Assembly (NCBI RefSeq): GCF_044704955.1
Contig: NC_091984.1
Location: forward strand, 193,998,001-194,062,000
Origin: Pristiophorus japonicus
Taxonomy: Eukaryota
Length of the DNA stretch: 64,000 bases
Direction: 5' to 3'
Every line of letters starts with the position of its first letter. Positions within the stretch are counted from its first letter, which is position 1. The notes under the pieces are model-generated. The model ran no database searches. It worked only from the letters and a program-made list of their open reading frames with translations, and had not been told where the DNA came from. This document shows positions 37,067 through 49,664 of the stretch, piece by piece. A program made the translations under genes and the position numbers.

Positions 37067-38760
37067 AGGGCTGGATTTTACCAACCTCAGCGGGTCTGCG
37101 GCAGGCGACATGATTTTACCTTGAAGGGGCTTGTTAAACCCCGCCTTGCGAGCTTCCCGGCTAATTAAAAGGAAGTGGATCTGATGACGTCATTTGATGA
37201 CGTGTCATCAGCTGGTTTCCTTAAAGGGATCATGGCCAACGGTATTCTGACACTTGTGCTGTCAGTGTTCTGCAGCATTGAGGTTCTGCCAATTCTGACA
37301 GAGGTACACAGAGGTGCATGGCTGCACACAGACTCTCCCATCATTCCCTTCAGATGCTTATGGAGGTTTTCTTCACTTCCCATGGGCGGAAGAGACCTCC
37401 CCAGGAGACCAACGCAGCCTGGGTGCACATTGTACAGGAGGACACAAGCAGGGATGTTGTCACGAGGAGCTGGCTGCAGTGGCACAAAACTTTCAATTAT
37501 CTCAGTAGATCACAAAATGTTACAGCAAAGCCACACTCAACCTCATCCTGCTGTGCCACTCATTACATCCTCATCACTCTGCCTTCCCTACCCTTCTCCT
37601 GCACATCCTTACTCACACCAACTGACCTTGCACTTCCACCCATCCCTCTCTCTCTTATACATTATCATAACCCCATCTCACTAGCCACCCCTCACACACA
37701 CTCGCCACCCTCATTCTAGTGCAAGAATACCTACCAACAATACACAAGGGTAGGCACTTGGGTGTTATCACCAATGCTGATGTAAAATTTCTGCTAATGT
37801 GTTGTCAAACATTGAAATCTGTATTTTCAACACTTTACCTTCTTTGACAGATCTGTGTGCACCTTTGGAAGTGGCTTAGTGAGTTGCCCCCCCACCCCCC
37901 CCCCCCATCCCTCCCACCCCCCATGGTGATGAGTGTGAAAGGAATGGCTTGAGCATTGTAGGGATGCTTTATGGTGCTGGTGTGGTGTAGTGCCAACCTG
38001 GCATATCATGTGGCAGCCAGGGTGTACAGCATCAAGTGAAGTACATCTGGACATGGCGATATCCTCCCTGGCGTCCCAGGCAGCAATGTGGTCGGGTGCT
38101 GATGCCGTGTCCTGAACAGCATCAGTTGATTGCGGAGAAGGTTGGTGTTGTTGTTGGTGATGTTGGGGCTGATCCTGGTGGGATTCTGAGGAGCAAGGTG
38201 AGATTTTTTTCAAGGGCACCGATGCTGATGGAATAGATGGCAGGTGAAGTTGAGATGACAGAAGCAATCTGTCAATGGAGAGATAGTTGTTTCAAGGATG
38301 TGACACTGGAGAGAGAGTCCACTGCAAACACTTCACAGCTCCATAAAGCTCAAAAGCTGAAATCCTGAGGGCTCCAGCGTTTTTGATTGGAAAGTGAACA
38401 GCTGTGAGATGGTAGCTTTTAAACCACTTCTGCAGCTGTCAACTTGTCTAACCAATCCAGAGTTGTTGAAAACCTGACACACTTACCTGACGTGATACCC
38501 GAGGGACGTGAATCTCGTAAAAAACTTGGAAAAATCCTTTGGTCCTGGTAAAATGCTGCTTAAATAGCTTTAAGCAGCTTTTTAACTAGCATAATTGCCT
38601 GACACGTCATTTAGTGATGGGTCTGCAATCTGCAGGCAGAACCAGCACTTGGGAAATTCACAAGGAGGCGGGTTCAGAGCAGACTTCTGCCCCGCTGTCG
38701 GTCAGAGCCATTTTCACAGCGGGCCTGCCTCCAAATTCATCCAAGTGGCAGGAGGGGGCT
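37067..38760. mobile_element. Internally deleted Harbinger derivative with a Myb/SANT remnant
   Basis: The left end agggctggatttt is identical to the TIR at 47677. The plus-strand remnant AWVHIVQE...TRSWLQWHKTFNYL resembles a Myb/SANT-like domain. The right end was not located. Confidence 0.55.
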
Positions 38761-39241
38761 CACAGATGCTGATGTCCAGAATCTGAACTCAAATAGCAGC
38801 AGTATAAAAGCAGCTTTCTGGCTGCTCCACCAGGTATCCTCAAAACTGAAGAACAATAGCCAACTGACAGCAGTCCAGCTGCAGTGATACTCTTTGCCGA
38901 CGTCGCTGTGATACCGAGGCAAGGTGTGCAGTATATCTATGGTCTCATTCACCACAACCAATTAGTCGTTGCAAGGCACTCCCCAGTTCCATGTCTGGAT
39001 GTCTGTCAAAATCATAAGCCCCGATTTTGACTCGGGACGTGAATGAGGCGGGCGGAGGCCAAGGCCAGAGCAACAAACCATCCTGAACCGGGCAGCGGGG
39101 GGACCTGGGAGTTTAAAACTCCCAGCCCTCATCTGATTGCCCTCTGGTCAGTCGGCTGCCTGGAAGTGGCAGGTGGCCGGTGGTGAGTGAAATGTCGGGT
39201 GGCAGGAGACAGCTGGCAGGGACTGAAGCAATGGTCCATGG

Positions 39242-39825
39242 CATAAGAACACAAGAACGTAAGAAATAGGAGCAGGAGTAGGCCATTTGATCATGGATTC
39301 AGCTCCACTTCCCTGCCCACTCCCCATAACCCTTTATTCCCTTATCACTCAAATCTCCGCCTTAAATATATTCAATGACCCAGCCTCCACACCTCTCTGG
39401 GGGCAGAGAATTCCATAGATTTCAACCCTCTGAGAGAAGAAATTCCTCCTCATCTCAGTTCTAAATGGGCAGTCCCTTATTCTGAGACTATGTCCCATAG
39501 TTTTAGTTTCCTCTATGTGGAAATATCTTCTCTGCATCCACCTTATCAAGTCCCCTCATTATCTTATTTGTTTCAATATGAACACCTCTCATTCTTCTGA
39601 ACTCCAATGCGTATAGGCCCAACCTACTCAAGCTATCTTCATAAGTCAAATCCCTCATCTCCGGAATCAACCTAGTGAACCTTCTCTGAACAGCCTCCAA
39701 AGCAAGTATATCCTTCCTTAAATACAGAGACCAAAACTGTACACAGTACTCTAGGTTGGCCTTACCAATACCCTGTACAGTTGTAGCAGGACTTCTCTGC
39801 TTTTATACTCCATCCCCCTTGCAAT
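39242..39825 (-). mobile_element. CR1 3' fragment
   Basis: Frameshifted VQRRFTRLIP...RRNFFSQRV with a cataagaa tail. Confidence 0.9.
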
Positions 39826-40162
39826 ACTCGGGTAAGTCATAGGGATAGGGCTATGGGAAGGCCTCATGATCAGGGGGCGGTGGGGGCGGGGGGAAATGGA
39901 TCCTGAACTCTCTTTGCGGGTCTCCGAGAAGCACCCCTGCTCCTCCTGGACCACAAGCAAAATATCAAAAATTTAATAAAACAAACCTCTTTGCGGCTCT
40001 TCTAGCACTGACTCTAAGCTTTACAGCTTCTTCCCCACTCAGGCCACTGGTTAACACAGCAGTCGGGCCCTGTGTCTGCTATTTAAAGATGGTCCCTGTC
40101 GGTTTCCAGCAGTGTCCTCCCACCTGCTCAGAAGAGCAGCTTAAAATGTAAAGACTGAGAGA

Positions 40163-40823
40163 AGAACATAAGAACATAAGAATTAGGAACAGGAATAGGC
40201 CATCTAGCCCCTCGAGCCTGCTCCGCCACTCAACAAGATCATGGCTGATCTGGCCATGGACTCAGCTCCACTTACCTGCCCGCTCCCTATAACCCTTAAT
40301 TCCCTTACTGGTTAAAAATCTATCTATCTGTGATTTGAATACATTCAATGAGCTAGCCTCAACTGCTTCCCTGGGCAGAGAATTCCACAGATTCACAACC
40401 CTCTGGGAGAAGAAATTTCTTCTCAACTCGGTATTAAATTGGCTACCCTGTATTTTGAGGCTGTGCCCCCTAGTTCTAGTCTCCCCGACCAGTGGAAACA
40501 ACCTCTCTGCCTCTATCTTGTCTATCCCTTTCATTATTTTAAATGTTTCCATAAGATCACCCCTCATCCTTCTGAACTCCAACGAGTAAAGACCCAATCT
40601 ACTCAATCTATCATCATAAGGTAACCCCCTCATCTCTGGAATCAGCCTAGTGAATCGTCTCTGTACCCCCTCCAAAGCTAGTATATCCTTCCTGAAGTAA
40701 GATGACCAAAACTGCAGGCAGTACTCCAGGTGCAGCCTCACCAATACCCTGTACAGTTGGCAGCAGGACCTCCCTGCTGTTGTACTGCATCTCTCTTGCA
40801 ATGAAGGCCAACATTCCATTCGC
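40163..40823 (-). mobile_element. Young CR1 3' fragment
   Basis: Highly similar to 12591-13250, with an (AAGAACAT)n tail. Confidence 0.95.
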
Positions 40824-41354
40824 AGAAGAGAGCAGGACATTGGCTGGTAAGCCTCTTGAGCAACTTGAATTGCCAGCTTACCTGGTTTCCACTGAGTGGG
40901 CAGGGTTAAAATCACCCCTATAGTGTCTTTAGGATTTTGGAGACAATGATCCTCTCTGAAAATAGTTTTAGTAATTTAAGCTTCTGATATTATGAAAACT
41001 GTCTTTGAAAATGATATTAAATTATTTTTAAATTCCAAACTATTTACAAAGTGCTGATTTTCAATGAAGATCAAGAGGTTAAAGTTGATTACTATGCCAA
41101 CAGCTTTTCTACAGGAATATGTTCTTGGAAGATCTCATTAAATAATTACTTTGAATGTGAAGATATTTGTTCTTTGAGATCACATAATTTAGATACTTCA
41201 ACTTAGAATGCTGAGTAGTTCCCAAATGTTACTTCCAGTCCTGCATTTAGGTTCCTTTGTTATCCCTACAGTTTTTGTTCCACCTCTACACAAGCAACAG
41301 CTGCCCTTGGATATCTCACACAAGTAGCCATTCTTCATGTGTGGCCTCTTGTGT

Positions 41355-43400
41355 ACCAGCATCAAGGCATTGACCACGCTCGATCAGCTCCGATGGACGG
41401 GCCACATACTAGACTCTCGAAACCATCATTCTACTCCGAGCTACGTCACCGCAAGCAAGCCCTAGGAGGGCAGAGAAAACGAGTCAAGGACACCCTCAAA
41501 GCCTCCTTGAAAAAAAGTTATATCCCCACCGACTCTTGGGAATCCCTGGCTCATGACCGCTCAAAGTGGAGGCGAAGCATCTGAGAAGGTGCCGAACACT
41601 TCAAGTCTCTTAGCCGGGTGCACGCGGAAGCCAAGTACAAACAGCGGAAGGGGCGTACGACAAACCAAGCACCCCACCCACCCGGCCCTCCAACCACCGT
41701 CTGCCCCACCTGTGACAGAGACGGTAGATCCCGCATTGGTCTCATCAGTACCTTACAACTCATTTTATATAAGAGCATAAGAAATAGAAGCAGGAGGAGG
41801 CCACCTGGCCTCTCGAGCCTGCTCCGCCATTTAATAAGATCATGGTTGATCTGATCATGGAATTAGCTCCACGTCCCTGCCTGCTCCCCATAACCCTTTA
41901 TTCCCTTATCACTCAAAAATCTGTCTATCTCCGCCTTAAATATATTCAATGACCCAGCCGCCACAGCTCTCTGGGGTAGAGAATTCCATAGAATTACAAC
42001 CCTCTGAGAGAAGAAACTCCTCCTCATTTCAGTTTTAAAGAGGTGGCCCCTTATTCTGAGACTATGTCCCCTAGTTTTAGTTTCCCCTATGAGTGAAAAT
42101 ATCCTCTCTGCGTCCACCTTGTTGAGTTCCCTCATTATCTTATAAGTTTCAATAAGATCACCTCCCATTCTTCTGAACTCCAATGTGTAAAGGCCCAACC
42201 TACTCAATCTATCCCCATAAGTCAACCCCCTCATCTCTGGAACTAACCTAGTGAACCTTCTCTGAACAGCCTCCAATGCAAGTATATCCTTCCTTAAATA
42301 CGGAGACCAAAACTGTACGCAATACTCTAGGTGTGGCCTCACCAATACCTGATGCAGTTGTAACATGACTTCACTGCTTTTATACGCTATCCCCCTTGCA
42401 ATAAAGGCCAACATTCAATTTGCCTTCCTGATTACTAGCTGTACCTGCATACTAACTTTTTGTGTTTCATGCACAAGGACCCCTAGGTCCCTCAGTACTG
42501 TAGCACTTTGCAATTTTTCTCCATTTAAATTATAATGTGCTTTTCTATTTTTTCTGCCAACGTGGATTACCTCACATTTTCCCACATTGTACTCCATCTG
42601 CCAAATTTTTGCCCACTCACTTAGCCTGTCTAAATCTCATTGCAGATTTTTTGTGCCCTCCTCACAATTTGTTTTCCCACCCATCTTTGTATCATCAGCA
42701 AATTTGGCTACATTACACTCGGTTCCTTCATCCAAGTTATTAATATAGACTGTAAATATTTGAGGGCCCAACACCGATCCCTGCGGCACCCCACTAGTCA
42801 TTGTTTGCCAACTGGAAAATGACCAATCCCGACTCTCTGTTTCTGTTAGTTAGCCAATCCTCTATCCATACTAATATATTACCCCCAACCCCCTGAACTT
42901 TTATCTTGTGCAGTAACCTTTTATGTGGCACCTTATCGAATGCCTTCTGGAAATCCAAATACACCACATCCACTGGTTCCCCCTTATCCACCCTGCTCGT
43001 TACATCCTCAAAGAACTCCACCAAATTTGTCAAAACCATGCTGACTCCACGTGATTGAATTATGCTTTTCCAATGTCCTGTTAATGCTTCCTTAATCGTG
43101 GAATCCAGCATTTTCCCAATGACAGATATTTGGCTTTCCAATCCACTAGGATCGCCCCAGAATCCAGGGAATTTTGGTAGATTACAACCAATGCATGCAT
43201 TATCTTTTAAGACCCTAGGATGTAAACCATCAGGTCCAGGGGACTTGTTTGCCTTTAGTCCCATTATTTTACCGAGTACTACTTCATTAGGGATAGTGAG
43301 TGTTTCCTCCCTCCCTATAGCCCTTTGATTATTCATTATTGAGATGTTTTTAGTGCGGAAGCAAGTCATCCTCGACTCCGGGGTTTGCCTAAGAGAGAGA
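41355..43400 (+). mobile_element. RTE-clade 3' fragment (41355-41768 and about 43353-43400) split by a CR1
   Basis: GGQRKRVKDTLKASL. The tail ggaagcaagtcatcctcgactcc matches 6520-6550. Confidence 0.75.
41769..43352 (-). mobile_element. CR1 fragment (RT to 3' end) carrying an empty Tx1 target-like site at 42464-42478
   Basis: ORFs 42794-43369, 42415-42597 (RDLGVLVHETQKV) and 41863-42414. Confidence 0.95.
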
Positions 43401-43404
43401 GATC

Positions 43405-43652
43405 ACTGATTTTCTTCGCCCCACCATTGGTAGCCGTGCCTTCAGCTGTCTAGACCCTAAACTCTGGAATTCGCTCCCTCAACCTCTTCGCCTCACTACC
43501 TCATCTAAGATGCTCCTTAAAACCTACCTCTTCACCTGTCCTAATATGTCCTTGTGTGGCTCAGTTATCAAATTTTGCTTGATCACACTCCTGTGAAGCA
43601 CGTGGAGGGATTTTCCTACGTTAAAGGCATTATATAAATGCAAGTTGTTGTC
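43405..43652 (+). mobile_element. L2 3' end fragment
   Basis: Homologous to 33440-33702, with tail taaaggcattatataaatgcaagttgttg. Confidence 0.75.
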
Positions 43653-46600
43653 GAGTTTACAAGTATCAACAGGCTATATGACCATGAGGGGCATCTGAGC
43701 TCATCCTCACATGCGCACTGCCCAACAGAAGGGAGAGCCCTGGCTGAACTATTTCTGACTCCTTAGCCTGGGGACACTCAGGCCCATTGTAGTGCCCCTC
43801 GAGCTACCCCAGCTGAGTCGCAGGTCGGCCCTTGGTCCACTTTTAGTATAGTGAGCAAATAGACATATCCCAGTAAATCACTGTGACGGAAAGCTTCCTG
43901 AATGCTTAGACATGTTTATGTTAGGAATCTTGTTCCAGGGCAAAACTATTACTCGTTCCATTTGTGTCTGAAATTTGTATGTTTACACAGGTATGAAAAC
44001 CCCCTCCTCCAGCTGTCAGCTTCACAGCAGTACACGTGGTGAAAGTTACAGTCAGGCCCAAAGTAATTCCGAATCCTTCTTTTGGTTTGAGAGGCTTGTC
44101 TCCTATCTCGAGCCCCTGTGCAGCTGGATTCAGAGGGCTTAACTCTCAGCCCGTATAAACACTGCAAACTTACTTCTGCAGTCAGGATCTATATATACCG
44201 AAGTCAGTGCCATCTCCGGGTCTGCAACTCATCTCCCTATCATTTTTACCGCAATTAAGCTGACAGAGGTGGAATGTATCACACCGCTGGTCATTATTTC
44301 TCGCACAGCATCCTGATACGAGCAGCTATGACTTTGTTCTGCCCAAAAAGTGTTCGACAGCCTAATTTTGAACACTTCGGGGTATTGGTGCTGCAGCTTT
44401 TTAATACTCTGAAGCACATGGTGAGAATACACTCCTTCTGTCGCACCATGTTGCTGGTGAAATTGATCGTACCTTTCTCAACAGTGTCATGTGTCAAGGA
44501 CTCAGCTCCATTGGACTGAGTGAGGCAGTCTGTTTTCCCTGCACGGGCTCCGGATGATTAGTGGGATGGTGGCAGTCACTTTGACTGGACTCACACTCTG
44601 CACTTGATGTAGTAAATCGAAGCAGCAACGACAAAAGTTCACAGATTTCATCTAGAGGAGCCCCGCTAACAAACTGTCCATCAAACAAGCTCCTTCCTGT
44701 CACAGACGGCGCTTCTGTGGAATGCCTTGCTGCCTGAGTGCCTTGTGACTAATCATGTGGATATGCAAACATTTGGGGGAGCAGTTACACAGTAGCACTA
44801 GGTGAATAGAATGTGTTTTGATCAGTATCAGAGCCTTCAGTTTCTTAGATTACCTCTGCGCTGTGGCTGTGGTCTCATGCTGCTGTTTTTTTTAAATTAA
44901 GGTAGTAAGTGAGGCACACTGGATTTACTTCACGTATAGTTGTGAATATGGAATTGCATCACCTGCAGCATTACTTTGGTGCATTAAGTGTTACTGTATA
45001 GATAATATAATCAAGAAACTGCTTATAGCTCCCAGGCAAAAGAAATCTGATCTAAAAGTTATCCATTGTATTTCGTTTTTTCTGCCAAATGTTTCATACT
45101 TAAGACGTGCAATAGGTAAGATTTGTTTTAAATGAGTGAAAGACAGATCGTTTATATTAGTTTTTCTACAGTAAAATTATCTGCCTTTCATTTGAATTGT
45201 CTGTCAGTTTTGTGCACTCTTGATAATAACAAAGAGGCCCTTGTCCATAACAAATTCAATGATACAGTGAAACCAGGGTTTAGTGAAAGTTACCATGTAA
45301 CTGAATAGAATTACCTTCTCCATCTCATGAAAAGATTACCCTCTTACAGTCAAAATTAGTGCGTTAATCTTCCATTACATTACAGTGATTATTGAGTAAT
45401 CCACCACCAAAATAAACCTGGTTTTCTGTGAGATTCTATGTCATGACCTTGGTAACTTGCTGAATGTAATGCAAATGTCAGGGTGGAAGAAAACACAGGA
45501 GTAGAGTTTCCGCTTTGGGCAGAATGGGGAAACTTGGCACAAATTGTGCTTAAAATTGCTGCTTTTCCGAAGTGGTTAGCATAAGAACATAAGAATTAGG
45601 AGCAGGAGTTGCCATTCACACCCTCGAGGCTACTCCGCCATTCAGTGAGATCATGGCTGATCTTCTACCTCAACGCCACTTTCCTGCACTATATCCATAT
45701 CCTTTGATTCCCTTAATATCCAATAATCTATCGATCTCTGTCTTGAATATATTCAAAGTCTGAGCGTCCACAGCCCTCTGGGATAAAAAATTCCAGAGAT
45801 TCACCAGCCTCTGAGTGAAGATGTTTCTCCTCAACTCGGTCCTAAATGGACCACCCCTTATTCTGACTCCTGGTTCTAGACTCCTCAGCCAGAGGAAACA
45901 TTCCCCCCGCATCTACCCTGTCAAGCCTGTAAGAATTTTGTATGTTCAATGAGATCACCTCTCATTCTTCTAAACTCGAGAGAATATAGGTCTAGTTTAC
46001 TCAATCTCTCCTCATAAGACAATCCCCTCATCCTAGGAATCAGTCTGGTGAACCTTTGTTGCACTCCCTCAATGGCAAATATATCCTTCCTTAGATAAGG
46101 AGATCAAAACTGTACACAATACTCCAGGTGTGGCTTCGCCAGTGCCCTATATAATTGCAGTAAGATGTCTTTACTCTTATACTCAAATCCTCTTGTAATA
46201 AAGGCCAACATACCATTTACCTTCTTAATTGCTTATTGTACCTGCATGTTAACTTTGTGGTTTGTGTACAAGGCCATCCATGTCCCTCTGAACATCAACA
46301 CTTCCCAATCTCTCACCATTTAAAAAAACTTTGCTGTTCTATTTTTTCTACCAAAGTGGATAACTTCACATTTTTCCACATTATATCTCATTTGCCATGT
46401 TCTTGCCTACTCACTTAGCCTGTCTATATCCCCTTGAAGTCTCTTTGCATCCTCCTCACAACTTACATTTCCACCTAACTTTGTGTCATCAGCAAACTTG
46501 CATATATAACATTTGGTCCCCTCATCCAAATCATTGAAATAAATTGTGAATAGCTGGGGCCCAAACATCAATTCTTGCGGCACCCCACTAGTTACAGCCT

Positions 46601-48103
46601 GCCAACTTGAAAATGACCCGTTTATTCCTACTCTCTGTTTTCTATCCGTTAACCAATCCTCAATCCATGCTAGTATATTACCCACAATCCCATGAGCCCT
46701 AATTTTGTTGAAAGACCTCTTGTGTGGCACCTTATCGAATGCCTTCTGAAAATCCTGATACATCACATCCACTGGTCCCCCCTTATCTATTCTGCTAGTT
46801 ACAAACCTCATAAAACTTTAAAAGATTTGTTAAACATGAATTCCCTTGCATAAATCCATGTTGACTCTGCCCAATTCTATTATTATTTTCTAAGTGCCCT
46901 GTTACCATGTCCTTAATAATAGATTCTAGCATTTTCCCTACTACTAATGTCAGTTTAACTGGTCTGTAGTTCCCCGTTTTCTCTCTCCCTTCTTTCTTAA
47001 ATAGTGGGGTTACATTAGCTACCTTCCAATCTGTGGGAAACTTTCTAGAATCTATGGAATTTTGGAAGATGACAACTAATGCACCCACTATCTCTATAGC
47101 CACCTCTTTCAAAACTCTAGGATGTAGGCCATCAGGTGCAGGGGATTTATCAACTTTCAGTCCCATTAATTTCTCCAGTACTATTTTTTTACTAATTCTA
47201 ATTTCTTTCAGTTCCTCATTCTCGCTCGGCCCTTGGTACTCCACTACTTCCGGGAGGTTTTTCGTATCTTCTTCTGTGAAGACAGATACAAAATATTTGT
47301 TTAATTTCTCTGCCATTTCCTTATTCCCCATTATAATTTCTCCTGTATCAGCCTGTAGGTGGCCCACATTTACTTTTGCTAATGTTTTCCTTTTTACAGA
47401 CCTATAGAAGCTTTTACCATCTGTTTTTATGTCTCTCGATAGTTTACTCTCATATTCTATTTTCCCTTTCTTTATCAATTTCTTGGTCCTCCTTTGCTGA
47501 ATTCTAAAATACTCCCAATCCTCAGACTTACTGCTCTTTTTGGCAACATTATAAGTCTCTTTGATCTATTACTATCTTTAACTTCTCTTGATAGCCACGG
47601 TTGGATCACTTTTCTTGTGGGGTTTTTGTGCCTTAAAAGAATGTATGTCTGTTGTAAATTATGTATTCATTCTTTAAGGGCTGGATTTTCAGCTGAGTTG
47701 CGCTCCATTTAGTGCCTCGGCGGGGCACAAAAATGATTTTTTTGGACCTGAAACGAGACGTACAAGATTTTTGCCAATGGTTTTGAGGCGGCGCTAAAAC
47801 TTACCACCTCGCCGCTGTTTTGACCATTTGGGTGACGTAAATCATCGTGCATCGCTGCGCTACTGCCCCGGGTGGAACTTTCAAGCATTTTGCCCGATTT
47901 ACCGTCCGTTTGAGAACCCACCCAGAAAGACCAGACGGACCCAGGATGGACTATGCACTAACGGAAAGCGAAAGAAAAAGTCCCAGTTGTGAGTGATTAA
48001 AAGGATTGGGAGAAAAACACTGCATTACTGCATACTTTTGATTGTGAAGTTTATGTGAGTTTCTAGTTTGCTTTATAAAGGACATTTAAGGACATTTTAA
48101 AAC

Positions 48104-49301
48104 ATGGGGGCCATGCTAGGTCAGGAGACAGTAATCCTGGCTGCTATATTTATATGGCTTCAAGTTGGAAGAAGGCTTATTGTTGTTCATTTGCAACGTA
48201 ATCAAAGAGGCCACAGACGTAAGGGGAGGAGGCCTTACCCCCACGAGTTTGCAGGGAACATCGCCTCATACCTCCAGCTCTCTGAGGTACAGTTCGTTAG
48301 AAGGCTGTGCTTCCGAAAAGAGGTGGTCACAGAGATATGCCAGCTCCTACAGGCAGACCTACAGCCTACCAGTGGCAACAGGACTGCATTGCCTGTTGAG
48401 GTGAAGGTGACTGTGGCACTTGCCTTCTATGCCTCCGGCTCTTTTCAGGCATCAGTAGGAGACACATGCTGCATCTCGTAGAACGCTAAATATTGCTGTA
48501 TTCACCAGGTGACTAATGCATTGTACGTACACAGAATGGACTTCATAAACTTCCCAAAGACCAGGGAGACCCAAAATGAGAGGGCTGCAGGTTTTGGACA
48601 ATTTACTGGCTTCCCCAAGGTTCAGGGTGCCCTTGACTGTACGCACATTGCCCTGCAAACAGATTTACAGAATGCAGAGGTTTTCCGAAACCAAAAGGGA
48701 TTCTACTCCACGAATGTGCAGATTGTCTGTGATCATACTCAGTGCATCATGGTAGTCAATGCCCAATATCCAGGGAGCATTCATGATGCTTTCGTCTTGC
48801 GTGAGAGCAGTGTCTCACGCATGTTCCAGCGTCAACCACAAGCCAGAGCTGGATGCTGGGTGATAAAGGTTACGGCCTCGCCACCTGGCTCATGACCCCC
48901 CTCCAGAACCCTCAGACAGCAGCCGAGCATCGCAATAATGAGAGCCATGTAGCCACATGCAACATCGCGAACAGACAATTGGAGTGCTGAAGCAGCGCTT
49001 CTGATGCCTGGACCACTCTGGAGGCTGCCTGCAATACTCCCCTCAGCAGGTCACTGAGTTCATTGTGGTGTGCTGCATGCTACACAACTTAGCCATCATG
49101 AGGGGACAGAAATTACCAATGGGGATTGCAGGATCATCTCAGCAGAAAGGGGGGGAGGAGGAGGAGAAAGATGAAGACGAGTAAGAGGAGCCTGGCGAGA
49201 AACCCATGCCACCACCACCCCAACCACAGGGGAGGCATCATGGAGATTTCGCCGCTGCAACAGCCTTACGTCGGCAGTTCATAATTGAACGCTTTGCTTG
49301 A
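48104..49301 (+). pseudogene. Harbinger DDE transposase (HARBI1-like family) with stops and frameshifts
   Basis: [66 protein letters not shown] and CCMLHNL. Confidence 0.92.
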
Positions 49302-49664
49302 AGAGTGAACGGCAAGTTTCAGCATTGCCTGGCCATTCTATCCCACCATGTTGACTATTCCCCCTCTTATTCTGCAAATGAGACACTACACAGGAATGGT
49401 TAAGGTGAACAAAAAAATGTACTTAACATTGTAAACTTAACCTTTATTGTGAGAGTTAAATAAAATAAAATGAGCTGCATCCAACAGTGTGATAATTCAA
49501 CAACATTATCAACAACGTAATCCAGTGTGCTACTTTAACATAACCTGCAACATAATACTGTAACATAAAACATACGATGCATCCAGCATCAACAACATAA
49601 TGCAGCAACATCATATCCTGCCCCACTATTTTTCCCCACTGTCTTTTACCCCACTTCCCCTTAT

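Larger units (their letters stand above)
39017..40919. mobile_element. Probable Harbinger-type MITE hosting two CR1 insertions
   Basis: Imperfect TIRs agccccgattttgac / gttaaaatcacccct (10 of 15 match), with ATA on both flanks. Confidence 0.45.

Noticed and set aside
48104-49301. Domesticated host gene HARBI1
   Set aside because: It has stops and frameshifts and lies between TIRs with a TSD, beside a Myb partner gene. It is a transposon copy.
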